Below, piece by piece: positions 53,022 through 63,671 of a stretch of 64,000 nt of DNA. Source of the stretch: Syntrophus sp. (in: bacteria). GTDB lineage: Bacteria > Desulfobacterota > Syntrophia > Syntrophales > Syntrophaceae. Under the pieces are notes generated by a model. That model saw nothing but the letters and a program-made list of their open reading frames with translations, had not been told where the DNA came from and did no database searches. Where the stretch lies: positions 19,919-83,918 of the forward strand of contig JAVETB010000002.1 of NCBI GenBank assembly GCA_034006265.1, written 5' to 3'. The stretch's first letter is position 1; each line of letters begins with the position of its first letter. The position numbers and the translations under genes were made by a program.

Positions 53022-54298
53022 GCATACTGCTGAAAGGAGGCCGGGTCGTCGACCCCTCCCGGAATCTCGATAGTGTGAAGGACATCCTCATCGAGGAAGG
53101 AAAGATCGCCGCCATCGCCGATTCGATAGAAGGAACAGCCGGAGAAACACGCGTTGTCCGCCTTGAGGGCAAAGTCGTTCTGCCCGGCCTCGTGGATATG
53201 CACACCCACCTGCGGGAACCCGGGTATGAATACAAGGAAACCATCCGCTCAGGCAGCGAAGCGGCTGCCGCCGGCGGATTTACTTCAATCGCCTGCATGC
53301 CGAACACCGATCCCGTCAACGACAGCCGGGCCGTGACGGAATACATTGTGAAGCGGGCCGGGGAGTGCAACCTTGTCCATGTCTATCCCGTAGCCGCCAT
53401 CTCCCTCAAGTCCGAGGGAAGGACCCTTGCGGAATTCGGCGATTTGAAAGAGGCCGGTGCGGTCGCCTTTTCCGATGACGGGAAGCCGGTCATGGACAGC
53501 GGCCTCATGAGAAGAGCCCTGGAGTACGCCTCCTCGCTGGGCCTGGTGATTACCCCCCATTGCGAGGATCTTTATCTTTCGGCCGGCGGCCTCATGAACG
53601 AGGGGCGGATCTCCACGGAGCTGGGGCTTCCCGGCATTCCCACTCTGGCCGAAGAGGTGATGATTGCCCGCGACCTTCTTCTCGCCGAATATACCGGGGC
53701 GGCCCTGCACATCTCCCATGTGAGCTCCGCCGGGTCCGTACGGATGATCCGCGACGCCAAAGCGCGGGGGATCCCGGTTACGGCAGAAACAGCGCCCCAC
53801 TATTTCACCCTGACGGACGAAACCCTTCGGGATTTTGACCCCTCCTTCAAGGTCAATCCCCCCCTGAGGAGCCCCCTGGATCGGAAGGCCATCCGGGAAG
53901 GACTGCGGGACGGGACCCTCGATGTGATCGCCACGGACCACGCGCCCCATGCCGCCACCGACAAGGAGGTGGAATTTGAATATGCCGCCAGCGGCATCTC
54001 CGGCCTTGAAACGGCGCTGGCCCTGAGCCTCAGGCTCGTCGAAGACGGGCTTTTGACCCTTTCGGAACTGGTCCGGAAGATGAGCGCCAATCCGGCCAAG
54101 ATCCTGAACATCCCCGGGGGGGCACTCCTTCCGGGAGCCGACGCGGACATTACGGTCTTCGATCCTGACAGGAGCTGGGTCGTCGATCCCCTCAGCTGGC
54201 GTTCAAAAGGGAAAAATTCCCCCTTCTTCGGCTGGACGCTAAAGGGGAAAGTGTTCATGACCCTGGTGAAAGGGCGGATCGTTTATTCGGAAGATTAG
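53018..54298 (+). CDS. pyrC: Dihydroorotase
   Basis: [27 protein letters not shown]. Confidence 0.96.
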   Translation: MSILLKGGRVVDPSRNLDSVKDILIEEGKIAAIADSIEGTAGETRVVRLEGKVVLPGLVDMHTHLREPGYEYKETIRSGSEAAAAGGFTSIACMPNTDPVNDSRAVTEYIVKRAGECNLVHVYPVAAISLKSEGRTLAEFGDLKEAGAVAFSDDGKPVMDSGLMRRALEYASSLGLVITPHCEDLYLSAGGLMNEGRISTELGLPGIPTLAEEVMIARDLLLAEYTGAALHISHVSSAGSVRMIRDAKARGIPVTAETAPHYFTLTDETLRDFDPSFKVNPPLRSPLDRKAIREGLRDGTLDVIATDHAPHAATDKEVEFEYAASGISGLETALALSLRLVEDGLLTLSELVRKMSANPAKILNIPGGALLPGADADITVFDPDRSWVVDPLSWRSKGKNSPFFGWTLKGKVFMTLVKGRIVYSED

Positions 54299-54345
54299 GA
54301 GGCGGCCCTCCCGAAGCCGGCAGCGTCCTCTTTGAATGTTCAGAC

Positions 54346-55125
54346 ATGAATGCTCGAGCCACCCACAAAACCGATGGAATCGTTCTGAAGTCGCTGAACT
54401 ACGGCGACTCGGATCTGATTGTGACCTTCTACACCCAAGATTTCGGGAAGCTGACCGCCATCGCCAAGGGGGCGAGAAACAGCCGCAAACGGTTTGTCAA
54501 TGTCCTTGAACCCTTCTGCTGTTCCTCCCTCCTTTTCGCCCGGAAGCAACGGGATCAGCTGGCCTGGCTGGAAAGCTGCCACCGGCTCAACGAATATCCT
54601 CAAATCCGCAAATCCCTGGACCGAACCCTTCTTGCCTCGTATCTCATCGATCTCGTCGATCACTTCTCTTCAGAGGAGAAAACAGATCCGGAACTCTTCC
54701 TGCATCTGCAGACCTTTCTGTCGCTTATTGAAGAGGGGGACACCTCGGAGCGGCTTCTGCGCTTCTTCGAAATCCGCCACCTGAAGCTTTCCGGTTTCGC
54801 ACCGGCGCTTGACCGCTGCATCCTGTGCAACTCGCCCCTGGATTCGCGGCAGCAGTACGTGTTCAGCATCACCCAGGGCGGACTGCATTGCCGGTCCTGC
54901 TTTTCCAAATCGCCGGATTCCAACATCCTGCCGGTTTCCCTCGGCACCATCAAGACCCTGCTTCTCGGGAAGGAAATCGATGCGGCGAAGATGAAGCGGA
55001 TCCTGTTCTCGGGGCAGACGGCCCGGGAAAGCAAGTCGCTCCTCTCTCTCTTTATCGGCCATATCCTCGGAAAGGAACTGAAGTCCCTCAAGGTTCTTGA
55101 CGAAATCCAGTCAATGGGCGTGTAA
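54346..55125 (+). CDS. recO: DNA repair protein RecO
   Basis: YGDSDLIV..GK..AKGAR.S, CxxC..CxxC; precedes glyQS. Confidence 0.92.
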   Translation: MNARATHKTDGIVLKSLNYGDSDLIVTFYTQDFGKLTAIAKGARNSRKRFVNVLEPFCCSSLLFARKQRDQLAWLESCHRLNEYPQIRKSLDRTLLASYLIDLVDHFSSEEKTDPELFLHLQTFLSLIEEGDTSERLLRFFEIRHLKLSGFAPALDRCILCNSPLDSRQQYVFSITQGGLHCRSCFSKSPDSNILPVSLGTIKTLLLGKEIDAAKMKRILFSGQTARESKSLLSLFIGHILGKELKSLKVLDEIQSMGV

Positions 55126-55259
55126 ATCCGGTTTCAGATCACACGTGGCCGCCGGATGCAAACCGCGACAGCACGCCGGTGGCCCGGAGGGGCAGGCGAG
55201 ATCCAATCCGGTCGCCGGAGGAGATCGTTCCTGGCGGTGGAATCGAAAAGCGTGGCTTT

Positions 55260-55294
55260 TTCGTGTTGACACGAAGATCTCATCATGTTAGGTA
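55260..55294 (+). promoter_or_regulatory. glyQS promoter with a palindrome over the -35
   Basis: TTGACA (55266)-N17-TAGGTA with TG; TTCGTGT-tg-ACACGAA dyad. Confidence 0.5.
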
Positions 55295-55351
55295 GCCGCC
55301 GGAACTTCTTAAAAATAATGGGAATATGCAATAAAGCACAGGAGGCACAAG

Positions 55352-56224
55352 GTGACTTTTCAGGAACTGATCTTTGCCCTTGAACACTATTGGGCAAATC
55401 AGGGCTGCGTGATTCAGCAACCCTACGATATCGAAGTGGGTGCAGGGACCTTCAATCCCGCCACCTTTCTGCGGGCCCTGGGTCCGGAACCCTGGAATGT
55501 GGCCTACGTGGAGCCGTCCCGCCGGCCGACGGACGGCCGTTACGGCGAAAACCCGAACCGCCTGCAGCACTACTACCAGTATCAGGTCATCATGAAGCCC
55601 TCTCCCCTGAACATCCAGGATCTCTATCTGGACTCTCTCCGGAGCTTCGGCATCGATCCCCTGGATCATGACATCCGCTTTGTCGAAGACGATTGGGAAT
55701 CACCCACCGTGGGTGCCTGGGGCCTAGGCTGGGAAGTCTGGCTGGACGGCATGGAGATCTCCCAGTTCACCTATTTCCAGCAGGTGGGCGGCATCGATGT
55801 AAAGCCCGTCTGCGCTGAGCTGACCTACGGCATTGAACGCATCGCCATGTACATCCAGGGAATCGACAATGTCTATGATCTGCAATGGAATGAGAACATC
55901 AAATACGGAGATGTTCATCACCAGGGCGAAGTGGAATTCTCCACTTATAACTTCGAAATTGCCGACGTGGACATGCTGAGAAAACTCTTCGATGCCTATG
56001 AATCGGAAGCCATCCGGACGGCGGAGAAGGATCTGGTTCTTCCCGCTTACGACTACTGCCTCAAATGCTCGCACACTTTTAACCTCCTGAACGCCCGCGG
56101 AGCGATCAGTGTGGCTGAACGGACCAGCTACATCGGAAGAGTCCGAAATCTGGCCAGGCTTTCCGCCGAAGGATATCTCCGTCAGCGGGAGCGCATGGGA
56201 TTTCCCCTGCTGAGCAGAGCATAA
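55352..56224 (+). CDS. glyQ: Glycine-tRNA ligase alpha subunit
   Basis: [30 protein letters not shown]. Confidence 0.98.
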   Translation: MTFQELIFALEHYWANQGCVIQQPYDIEVGAGTFNPATFLRALGPEPWNVAYVEPSRRPTDGRYGENPNRLQHYYQYQVIMKPSPLNIQDLYLDSLRSFGIDPLDHDIRFVEDDWESPTVGAWGLGWEVWLDGMEISQFTYFQQVGGIDVKPVCAELTYGIERIAMYIQGIDNVYDLQWNENIKYGDVHHQGEVEFSTYNFEIADVDMLRKLFDAYESEAIRTAEKDLVLPAYDYCLKCSHTFNLLNARGAISVAERTSYIGRVRNLARLSAEGYLRQRERMGFPLLSRA

Positions 56225-56311
56225 GCCTGGAGCCGGGGGCTGGTTTCGAATAAATCCAACACGACGCTTTTTGAAAAGCAATCCATAACGATGAAAAGAT
56301 GGGAGAGTCAG

Positions 56312-58384
56312 ATGAGCAACGAACTGCTGCTGGAGATAGGGACGGAGGAAATTCCTGCCGCCTTTATTCCCAAGGCGCTGAACGACATGAGTTCACTGAT
56401 CCGCAAAGCGCTGATCGATGAGCGGATTTCATACGGAACGATCCGAACCTTCGGGACCCCCCGACGGCTCTGTCTGGCCGTGGCCGATGTGGCCGAGAGG
56501 CAGGAGGATCAGCTGATTGAAAAGCTCGGCCCCGCGAAAAGGGTCTCCTTTGATTCCGAGGGAAATCCAACCAAGGCGGCCCTGGGCTTTGCAAAGGGGC
56601 AGGGCGTCGACATCTCCGAAGTCGGCACCCTTTCGACCGACAAGGGGGAATACCTCTGCATCCGCAAACACATTTCCGGCCGGAGCACCGCTTCCCTGCT
56701 TCCGGAAATCCTATCCAGGCAGGTGGCGTCTCTTTCCTTCAAAAAGTCCATGCGCTGGGGAGACCTGGACTTTCGTTTCGCCCGCCCGATCCACTGGATT
56801 CTTGCCCTGTACGGCGGCACCGTGGTTCCCTTCCGGATTGAAAATATCGAAAGCGGCAACCTGTCCCGGGGGCACCGGTTCATGAAACCCGAGGCATTTC
56901 CTGTCTCCAATCTGTCCGATTATCTCACAGGGACGCGGGAGCATTTTGTGATGGTCGATCCCGAGGAGCGCAAGCGGATCATTCTCGAGGAGGCGCGCAA
57001 AGCCGCGACCGCCGTATCCGGCCGCATCCTGGAAAACAGCGCTCTACTGGAAACAGTGGCGTACCTCGTGGAGTACCCCACCGTTGTCTGCGGCAGTTTT
57101 GACAGGAAATACCTTGACCTTCCCGGGGAAGTCCTGACCACCTCCATGATGTCCCATCAGAAATATTTCCCCGTCGTCGATTCGACGGGTCAGCTTCTGC
57201 CTTATTTCATCACGATCAACAATACCCTGGCCCGCGACCCCGCTGTTGTAAAGCGGGGGAACGAAAAAGTCATCCGGGCGAGGTTGTCCGATGCCCAGTT
57301 CTTCTTTGAGGAAGATCAGAAAACGCCCCTTGAGGACCGCGTCGAGGGGCTCAAGCAGGTTGTTTTCCACACACTGCTGGGAACATCCTACGAAAAGGTT
57401 CAGCGTTTTCGGAAGCTTGCGGCCTATATCACCGAGCGCATCGACCCCTCCCTGAAAGACCGGGTAGATCGCGCCTCCTTGCTGGCCAAGGCCGACCTGG
57501 ACACCCAGATGGTTGGAGAATTTTCAGAACTTCAGGGGATCATGGGCCGTGAATACGCCCTGCTGGCCGGTGAAGATCCTGCCGTAGCCAAGGCGATCTA
57601 CGAGCATTACCTCCCGTTGACCGCCGGGGGAAATCTTCCTGAAACCCATGAAGGCGCCATCGTCAGCATAGCGGACAAAATGGACACCATTACCGGGTTT
57701 TTCGGCGTCCGCCTGGTTCCCACCGGTACGGCGGATCCGTATGCCCTGCGCCGCCAGGCCCTGGGCATCATCAACATCATCCTTGAAAAGCGGTATCCCC
57801 TGATGCTGGAGGACCTGGTGAGTACAAACCTGGCCATCCTGGATGGAAAGATGACGCGCCCGGCGGAAGAAACGGGGAAGGATGTCCTGGAGTTCTTCCG
57901 GGGGCGCCTTGAAAATATGCTGATTTCCCAGGGTCACCCCCAGGACGTCGTCAGCGCCGTTCTTGCCGCGGGATTCTCCGACCTGGTTCAGGTCATCCGG
58001 AAGATTGAAGCCATGGAAACCTTCAAAACGCACCCCGCTTACGAACCGCTTGCAATCGCCTTCAAGCGGGCCGGGAATATCTTGAAGGAATTCGGAAATG
58101 GCCGCATCGAACCGTCACTGTTCAGCCTGGAAGAGGAGATCCTGCTGCATTCAACCTTTATTGAAACCCGCGATAAAGTTCTCCAGGCTTTGCAGAAGGA
58201 GGATTATCCTGCCGCACTTCTGGAACTCGCCGCCCTGCGCGAACCGATCGACCGGTTCTTCGGATCGGTGATGGTCATGGTGGAGGAGGAAGCCATCCGC
58301 TTCAATCGACTCTCGCTTCTGGAGGCTCTTTTTTCCCTATTCCGCCGCATTGCCGATTTCTCAAAAATCGTGACGGCATCCTGA
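56312..58384 (+). CDS. glyS: Glycine-tRNA ligase beta subunit
   Basis: LLEIGTEEIP, TPRRL, EFSELQG, HYLP, DPYALRR, NRL. Confidence 0.97.
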   Translation: MSNELLLEIGTEEIPAAFIPKALNDMSSLIRKALIDERISYGTIRTFGTPRRLCLAVADVAERQEDQLIEKLGPAKRVSFDSEGNPTKAALGFAKGQGVDISEVGTLSTDKGEYLCIRKHISGRSTASLLPEILSRQVASLSFKKSMRWGDLDFRFARPIHWILALYGGTVVPFRIENIESGNLSRGHRFMKPEAFPVSNLSDYLTGTREHFVMVDPEERKRIILEEARKAATAVSGRILENSALLETVAYLVEYPTVVCGSFDRKYLDLPGEVLTTSMMSHQKYFPVVDSTGQLLPYFITINNTLARDPAVVKRGNEKVIRARLSDAQFFFEEDQKTPLEDRVEGLKQVVFHTLLGTSYEKVQRFRKLAAYITERIDPSLKDRVDRASLLAKADLDTQMVGEFSELQGIMGREYALLAGEDPAVAKAIYEHYLPLTAGGNLPETHEGAIVSIADKMDTITGFFGVRLVPTGTADPYALRRQALGIINIILEKRYPLMLEDLVSTNLAILDGKMTRPAEETGKDVLEFFRGRLENMLISQGHPQDVVSAVLAAGFSDLVQVIRKIEAMETFKTHPAYEPLAIAFKRAGNILKEFGNGRIEPSLFSLEEEILLHSTFIETRDKVLQALQKEDYPAALLELAALREPIDRFFGSVMVMVEEEAIRFNRLSLLEALFSLFRRIADFSKIVTAS

Positions 58385-58429
58385 AAAAAAAACGGGGCGC
58401 GCCGAACGGTTTTCCTTCAACGCGCCCCG
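58384..58429 (-). terminator. Intrinsic terminator of the usp pair
   Basis: CGGGGCGCG / CGCGCCCCG stem followed on the minus strand by a T9 run. Confidence 0.7.
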
Positions 58430-58436
58430 GAACATC

Positions 58437-58871
58437 CTACCTCTTCACCACCAGGACCGGGCGGACGGCCTTGCGGGTCACCGCTTCGGAGACCGACCCC
58501 AGCAGCATTTCCTCTACGTTGCTTCTGCCGTGAGACCCGATCACAATCAGGGAAACGTCCTCTTCCTGCGCTGTTTTGAGAATTGTCCTGAAGGGATTCC
58601 CCTTTACGATCTTCAACCTGGCCTCCAGCCCTCTTTCCCTCAATTCTTCCAGAATCTTGTTTCCCCTCTCTTCGGCAGCCTTCCTCAGTTCATTCTCAAT
58701 GGCTGCAAAGTCAATGGCAATTTCGTGTGACGTCAGAACGAGGGACCTTTCGTCAATCACATGAAGGACGATGGCCTCTTTTGCACCCGCGTCCTTGAGC
58801 TGCTTGACGTAACGAACGGCTTTCATGGATACATCAGAAAAATCGGTGGGGTACAATATGCGTTCAAACAT
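58437..58871 (-). CDS. Universal stress protein (copy 2)
   Basis: ILYPTDFS, IVIGSHG..LLGSVSE..PVLVV. Confidence 0.95.
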   Translation of the reverse strand: MFERILYPTDFSDVSMKAVRYVKQLKDAGAKEAIVLHVIDERSLVLTSHEIAIDFAAIENELRKAAEERGNKILEELRERGLEARLKIVKGNPFRTILKTAQEEDVSLIVIGSHGRSNVEEMLLGSVSEAVTRKAVRPVLVVKR

Positions 58872-58931
58872 TATCTTCTCCTCCTTTTTTTGATGGCAAT
58901 GACAACCTTTCTTCAGGACACCCTCTGCGCC

Positions 58932-59366
58932 TCAACGCTTGATCACCAGAACCGGCCGGACAGCTTTACGGATCACCTTCTCAGAAACGGATCCCAGCAG
59001 CATTTCCTCCAGGTTGCTCTTTCCGTGCGATCCGATCACGATGAGAGAAGTCTTCTCTTCCTGAGCTGTTCTGAGAATTTCCAGAAAAGGAACTCCATTT
59101 TTTACGATGAACCTGGCGGTGAGCCCCCCTTCCCGTAACTGCTCCACAATTTTATTGCACTCCTCGTCGGCAATCCGTCTCAGTTCATCCTGCAAGGCAA
59201 TGAAATCAATGCCGCTCAAAACATCCGGCGCCAGCAGAGTCCTTTCATCAATCACATGCAGAACCGTAACCTCTCTTGCACCCGCGTCCTTCAACTGTTT
59301 GACATAATTTACGGCTTTCATCGACACATCGGAAAAATCAGTGGGATACAAAATGCGTTCAAACAT
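58932..59366 (-). CDS. Universal stress protein (copy 1)
   Basis: Same motifs; both copies 144 aa with nearly identical N- and C-termini. Confidence 0.95.
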   Translation of the reverse strand: MFERILYPTDFSDVSMKAVNYVKQLKDAGAREVTVLHVIDERTLLAPDVLSGIDFIALQDELRRIADEECNKIVEQLREGGLTARFIVKNGVPFLEILRTAQEEKTSLIVIGSHGKSNLEEMLLGSVSEKVIRKAVRPVLVIKR

Positions 59367-60010
59367 GGCCTTCCCTCCTTTTTTTGTGTGACGTTATCGT
59401 GTTCATCGTTTCTGCCCGATATCCTGTTGCCGTCCCCAACAAATCTTTCACGCGTTTAAAAATCACCTAAAGCCTCCTTGGTGCCGGACGCAGGCATTGC
59501 TAAATGTTGACAACAAAAACGGCAACCTGCTTTTCTGCTCCCTAATAAAAAGGTCTCTTCAGTCCCTGATGCTCCGCCTCGAGAGCATGGCAGCATCTTC
59601 CGGAAAAGGGGAAACAGAATCAATGGCCAGGGCCACCGGGCAAAGAGGAAATCAGCGCGTTTTCGATCTGCACCAAAGCGACCGGAAGGGACTTCGCAGG
59701 CATAAAGGACTGAAATATTATATTATTTTATACTCTTCTTCTTCGTGAAATTCAAGGCGATATTGGCTGGGGCGAAGATCTTCGGCGGGTCGGCGTCGCG
59801 GCAAAGGAGCGTCTTGCCCTGCCTGCCTGGGCCTTCCATCCCAACCGTTCCGTGTGACGGGATCAAAAACGGGCTTCCGGAAAGGTGCATTTTCCCCGTG
59901 ATTCTGAGGGCGGCTTGTAAACAGACGGATTTTTATCCGAAATGGGCAGCGATGGAACCATTGCGGCCGAGGAGGAGGTTTTTCTGCCCAATGGCCGTCG
60001 CACCAACGGG

Positions 60011-60559
60011 CTAAAAGAGAAAAACGGCAACGGCGATGACGGTGGTGTGCCCCCCGTTCTTGACGATGCTGGACTGGGTGATGTTTCTCGTACCGACGAT
60101 CTTTCCGCTGATCTTAAAGATTTCTTTTTTGTCATCCCAGCTTTCATCAATGTTGAAGTCAATCCCGAGGGTGGAGGCCAGCATGGCTGCGGCAAGATCC
60201 TCCGCATGATCGCCTGCCTGACGTTCCGTCTGGCCGAAGGCATGATATTCACTGATATAACCATATGTGTTGCGGTCTGCGGGAATGGCACAACCCACGG
60301 AAGCGGCCAGCAGGCGCCTGGGCTCGTCACTGTTGCATCGGCTCATGACACAGTAGGTGATCGCCCCCGGCTTCAGCTCCCTTAACCCCATCCCCCGGGA
60401 AACAACCTTGCAGCCGGGGGGCAGGATGCTTGACACCTGAACAAGATTGCACTTTTCAATGCCGGCGTCCCGCAGGGCCAATTCGAAGGAGTGCAACTCT
60501 TCCCGGTGTGTCCCGACACCTTTGGTAAAAAATATTTTTTTCGGCACAAGGCTGTTCAC
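60011..60559 (-). CDS. pdaD: Pyruvoyl-dependent arginine decarboxylase
   Basis: SFELALRDAGI, NLVQVSSILP (Ser-Ser self-cleavage site), GYISE; AAGGAG SD. Confidence 0.92.
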   Translation of the reverse strand: MNSLVPKKIFFTKGVGTHREELHSFELALRDAGIEKCNLVQVSSILPPGCKVVSRGMGLRELKPGAITYCVMSRCNSDEPRRLLAASVGCAIPADRNTYGYISEYHAFGQTERQAGDHAEDLAAAMLASTLGIDFNIDESWDDKKEIFKISGKIVGTRNITQSSIVKNGGHTTVIAVAVFLF

Positions 60560-60768
60560 TTTGATCCACTCCTTACCGTACTGTTTTCCTGAGCCCGACC
60601 AGGGGACATATTCTGCGATGGGTCAGCATGCCGTCCCCCGGGTTCCTCACTAAATCCGTGGGCGGACTAACACATCATTAACGATATGTCCAGCACTATG
60701 TTATTTTCCTGGATATAAATTATTAGTGCATATTATCAGACAGTTGGAACAGCTCTGCCCTTCCTGCT

Positions 60769-61545
60769 TCATCGCCGAAATACGTGGATTTTAAACATTC
60801 CGTCCTCGTAATACAGGTAGGAAAAATGCCGGATCCAGTCCCCCAGGGTAATGGAATACCCCCTACGGTTCCCGATGGAATACTCCTTCATCAGAGGCTG
60901 GTGACAATGTCCAAGAATCACGGCGTCAAAGCCCTGCCGGATTTTACGTTGAGCATAGCCGTGCAGAATCTCCGTGAGCCTTTCTTCGGAAAATCGGGCG
61001 GACTGTTTGCTTGCCGCTGAACCGGCGCCGGCCATTTTCCAGAGCAGGGGAAGCGGCAGAAGGCGCTGGAGCCGGTAGGCCGGAGAACTCCGCAACAGCT
61101 TCCGGAGGCGCAGGTATTTCAGGTTCGCCCGATCCACCGTGTCGCCGTGTGAAAAAAGGACCCTGCAGTCATCCAGCATGAAGGTGCCCCATTCGGGAAA
61201 GACTTCCATACCCAGCAGTTTTGTAAAATAATCGGCCAGGAAAAAATCGTGGTTGCCTTCTGCGAAATGGACGCGAATTCCCCGATCGCGGACTGCCGTC
61301 AACGCCTTTATGACGGGTACGAATTCCGGGTAAACCTTTTCTCCCCGGCAAAACCAGAAATCAAAAAAATCCCCACCGATATAGAGATCGTCCACAGGGA
61401 TCAACGGATGGATCCCCGATGGTGTCTCCAGGGGATGTTCACTATGGGCGGGGGAAACCAGATAATCCAGAAACATCATCAGTTTCCGATAATGATCATC
61501 ATGGCTGCTTTTCAGATGCGCATCAGCAATAAACAGGGCTTTCAT
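60769..61545 (-). CDS. lpxH: UDP-2,3-diacylglucosamine diphosphatase
   Basis: ADAHL, GDFFDFW, GNHD, HGD, GHCH, LGDW. Confidence 0.85.
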   Translation of the reverse strand: MKALFIADAHLKSSHDDHYRKLMMFLDYLVSPAHSEHPLETPSGIHPLIPVDDLYIGGDFFDFWFCRGEKVYPEFVPVIKALTAVRDRGIRVHFAEGNHDFFLADYFTKLLGMEVFPEWGTFMLDDCRVLFSHGDTVDRANLKYLRLRKLLRSSPAYRLQRLLPLPLLWKMAGAGSAASKQSARFSEERLTEILHGYAQRKIRQGFDAVILGHCHQPLMKEYSIGNRRGYSITLGDWIRHFSYLYYEDGMFKIHVFRR

Positions 61546-61892
61546 GAATGCCGAAGGTTCCTTCCACCTGGTGCGTTTTCGATTGTTGAACCCCTGGGGT
61601 ACCGGAGGGGCTTTTCATTAGCATAAAGGATCATCTGGAAAAAGGTGAATTTTTTCAGGCTCTGGAAGCAGATGGAGGCTGATGGAGGACTTTCGGGAAG
61701 AGTCGGTTTTGTTGTCTACAGGGACTCCTGCTGCAGGACAGACAGGGGCTCCCTGTCGCACGAGCGCACCCAACCGTTCGGCCACAGCAATGAGAAACAA
61801 CGCCGAAACGCCGCACCCGCCATCCCCCGCTGCGGAAACGGCGAATTCAGGCCGGCAGTTTACCCGCGGTGTTTCCGCCAGGCGAAACGAAT

Positions 61893-62243
61893 TTATCTCA
61901 AGGCATTGTAAATGAGCGCCGAAATCTCGAAGGCGGTCTGCGGACCCCGCAGGATCGCAATGCCCTCCTCGCGGGCCTTGACGATGACGCTCTGCTCCAC
62001 CTGAAGGTTTCTGGGAATCACAATGGCAACCACATCCTTCAATTTGGCGACCCCAAGGATGTTGATATGCCTCTGCATGGTGATCCAGACGGAGTCTTCT
62101 TCAATGTTTGCAATGGCATCGGACAGGAGATCCGATGTGTAACCGGTTCGAATCTCCCGGTCCATATTGATGTCACCTGTTATTGCTTCACAACGAATGT
62201 TCCCGATCAACTCGGCAAGGGTCATCTTTCTTATCTCTCCCAT
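61893..62243 (-). CDS. DRTGG-domain protein
   Basis: GYTSDLLSD, WITMQRH.N, AREEGIAIL pattern. Confidence 0.85.
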   Translation of the reverse strand: MGEIRKMTLAELIGNIRCEAITGDINMDREIRTGYTSDLLSDAIANIEEDSVWITMQRHINILGVAKLKDVVAIVIPRNLQVEQSVIVKAREEGIAILRGPQTAFEISALIYNALR

Positions 62244-62292
62244 ATGTTTTTCGATGCCGTCGGCGAAATCATCAAGCAGGCCGGGTCTGCTT

Positions 62293-63657
62293 TTATGTGC
62301 CTTCCTTCTTCTCCGGCTGATCCGCCGCCATGGAGGGCGGAACGATACGGGCCAGGTAGAGAATTTCCTGGGCCAGGATCTTGATGCGATCTCTCAATTT
62401 GATGACACAATCCGTTTCAAAGGCTGTTCCCCGGATGATGTCCTCAGCCAGCGCCCGGCAGCTCGGACAGCCGCAGGCGCCGCAGTCGAGTCCGGGAAGC
62501 TCTTTTGTAATCTGATCAAGCCGCTCCATCTTCACGAGCGCCATGGCCACATCCTCGTCCAGGGTCATAATGGGCCGGGGCAGGATCGGCTCCGTTGATT
62601 CGAAGTGCCCCTTCTCGTACATGTCACGAAGCTCTTCCTCGCTGTAGTAGGATGGCTGTCCGCCCGCACGGTCGATAAGGCCCCTCAAGTGGACTCTCCC
62701 GACAAAGCTGTTCTGAATGTTCAGGGGGCCGCCCACACATCCCGCATCGCAAACCTTCAATTCAATGAAATCGACATCCTGCAATTCACCGCGCTCTATT
62801 TCCTCAAGAAGACTCATGACATTCTGAACGCCGCTGACCGCCAGTGTGGTTCCGACTCCAATGCTCTTCGGTTCTCCGGTCAGGTATCCCCAGGACATAC
62901 CTTTTTTCGTCGCCTTATGGAAAAGGCGCTGTTGTACCTGTTCTTCCTGATCGGCCGGCCCTTTGTGGAGATTTTTAACAATATCCCGATAGATGAGATG
63001 GGCACCGATTACACCGTTGACGGCTGAATGCTTCGTCGTGATGGGCTGCCTCGCCTCCGTCACCTTTGCGGGGCACGGTGAAATAAAGATGGCGCCGATC
63101 TCGTCATAGGCGATCCCGGTTTTCTTTACCGCCTCATCCTTGGCAATGCGTGCAGCAATCTCCATCGGAGAGAGGACCTGGGTTGTCTGCTCCAGAAGGC
63201 CGGGAAACTTGATCTGCATCAGGCGGAGAACGGCGGGGCAGGAAGTGGAAAAGATGGGTTTCTTCAGCTTCGCGCTCTGGAGTTTCTGGCGAACGATGTA
63301 AGCGACAATTTCAGCGGCAAGGGAAACTTCAAATACCTCATCGAAGCCGATGTGCAGAAAAGCCTGAAGAATGTCTTCAATGTTCTCACCCTCTTTAAAC
63401 TGCCCGAAAAATGACGGATCCGGTAATGCGATGTTGTACTTATACTCGGAAAGCTTTTTGAGCGTGTCGCTGTGGGCATACTTGGCATGGTGGGGGCAGG
63501 ACTTGATGCACTCTCCACAGTCGATGCACCTCTCATCCATAATGGCGGCTTTTCCGTCATGCACCCGGATCGCTTCCGTGGGGCAGTGCTTGATACAGAT
63601 GGTGCATCCGATACATTTTTTGACGTTGAGCTTCACGGAATGAAAATACTGCATCAT
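62293..63657 (-). CDS. [FeFe]-hydrogenase-like protein (group D/sensory type) with 2x[4Fe-4S] ferredoxin and C-terminal FeS domain
   Basis: Two CxxCxxCxxxCP; variant H-cluster motifs STSCPAV, SPCPAKVTE, ELKVCDAGCVGGP; LPGLDCGACGCPSC..C. Confidence 0.88.
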   Translation of the reverse strand: MMQYFHSVKLNVKKCIGCTICIKHCPTEAIRVHDGKAAIMDERCIDCGECIKSCPHHAKYAHSDTLKKLSEYKYNIALPDPSFFGQFKEGENIEDILQAFLHIGFDEVFEVSLAAEIVAYIVRQKLQSAKLKKPIFSTSCPAVLRLMQIKFPGLLEQTTQVLSPMEIAARIAKDEAVKKTGIAYDEIGAIFISPCPAKVTEARQPITTKHSAVNGVIGAHLIYRDIVKNLHKGPADQEEQVQQRLFHKATKKGMSWGYLTGEPKSIGVGTTLAVSGVQNVMSLLEEIERGELQDVDFIELKVCDAGCVGGPLNIQNSFVGRVHLRGLIDRAGGQPSYYSEEELRDMYEKGHFESTEPILPRPIMTLDEDVAMALVKMERLDQITKELPGLDCGACGCPSCRALAEDIIRGTAFETDCVIKLRDRIKILAQEILYLARIVPPSMAADQPEKKEGT

Positions 63658-63671
63658 AGCACCTCCACTCC

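Noticed and set aside
59620-59700. GCCACCG...GGAAGG resembling a cobalamin riboswitch
   Set aside because: Other B12-box elements are missing and the orientation is opposite to the downstream genes
60712-60735. ARG-box-like AT-rich dyad upstream of pdaD
   Set aside because: Spacing and half-sites do not fit TGMAT-N4-ATKCA
62140-62165. GGTTCGAATC T-loop-like sequence
   Set aside because: Antisense inside the DRTGG CDS; no cloverleaf can be formed
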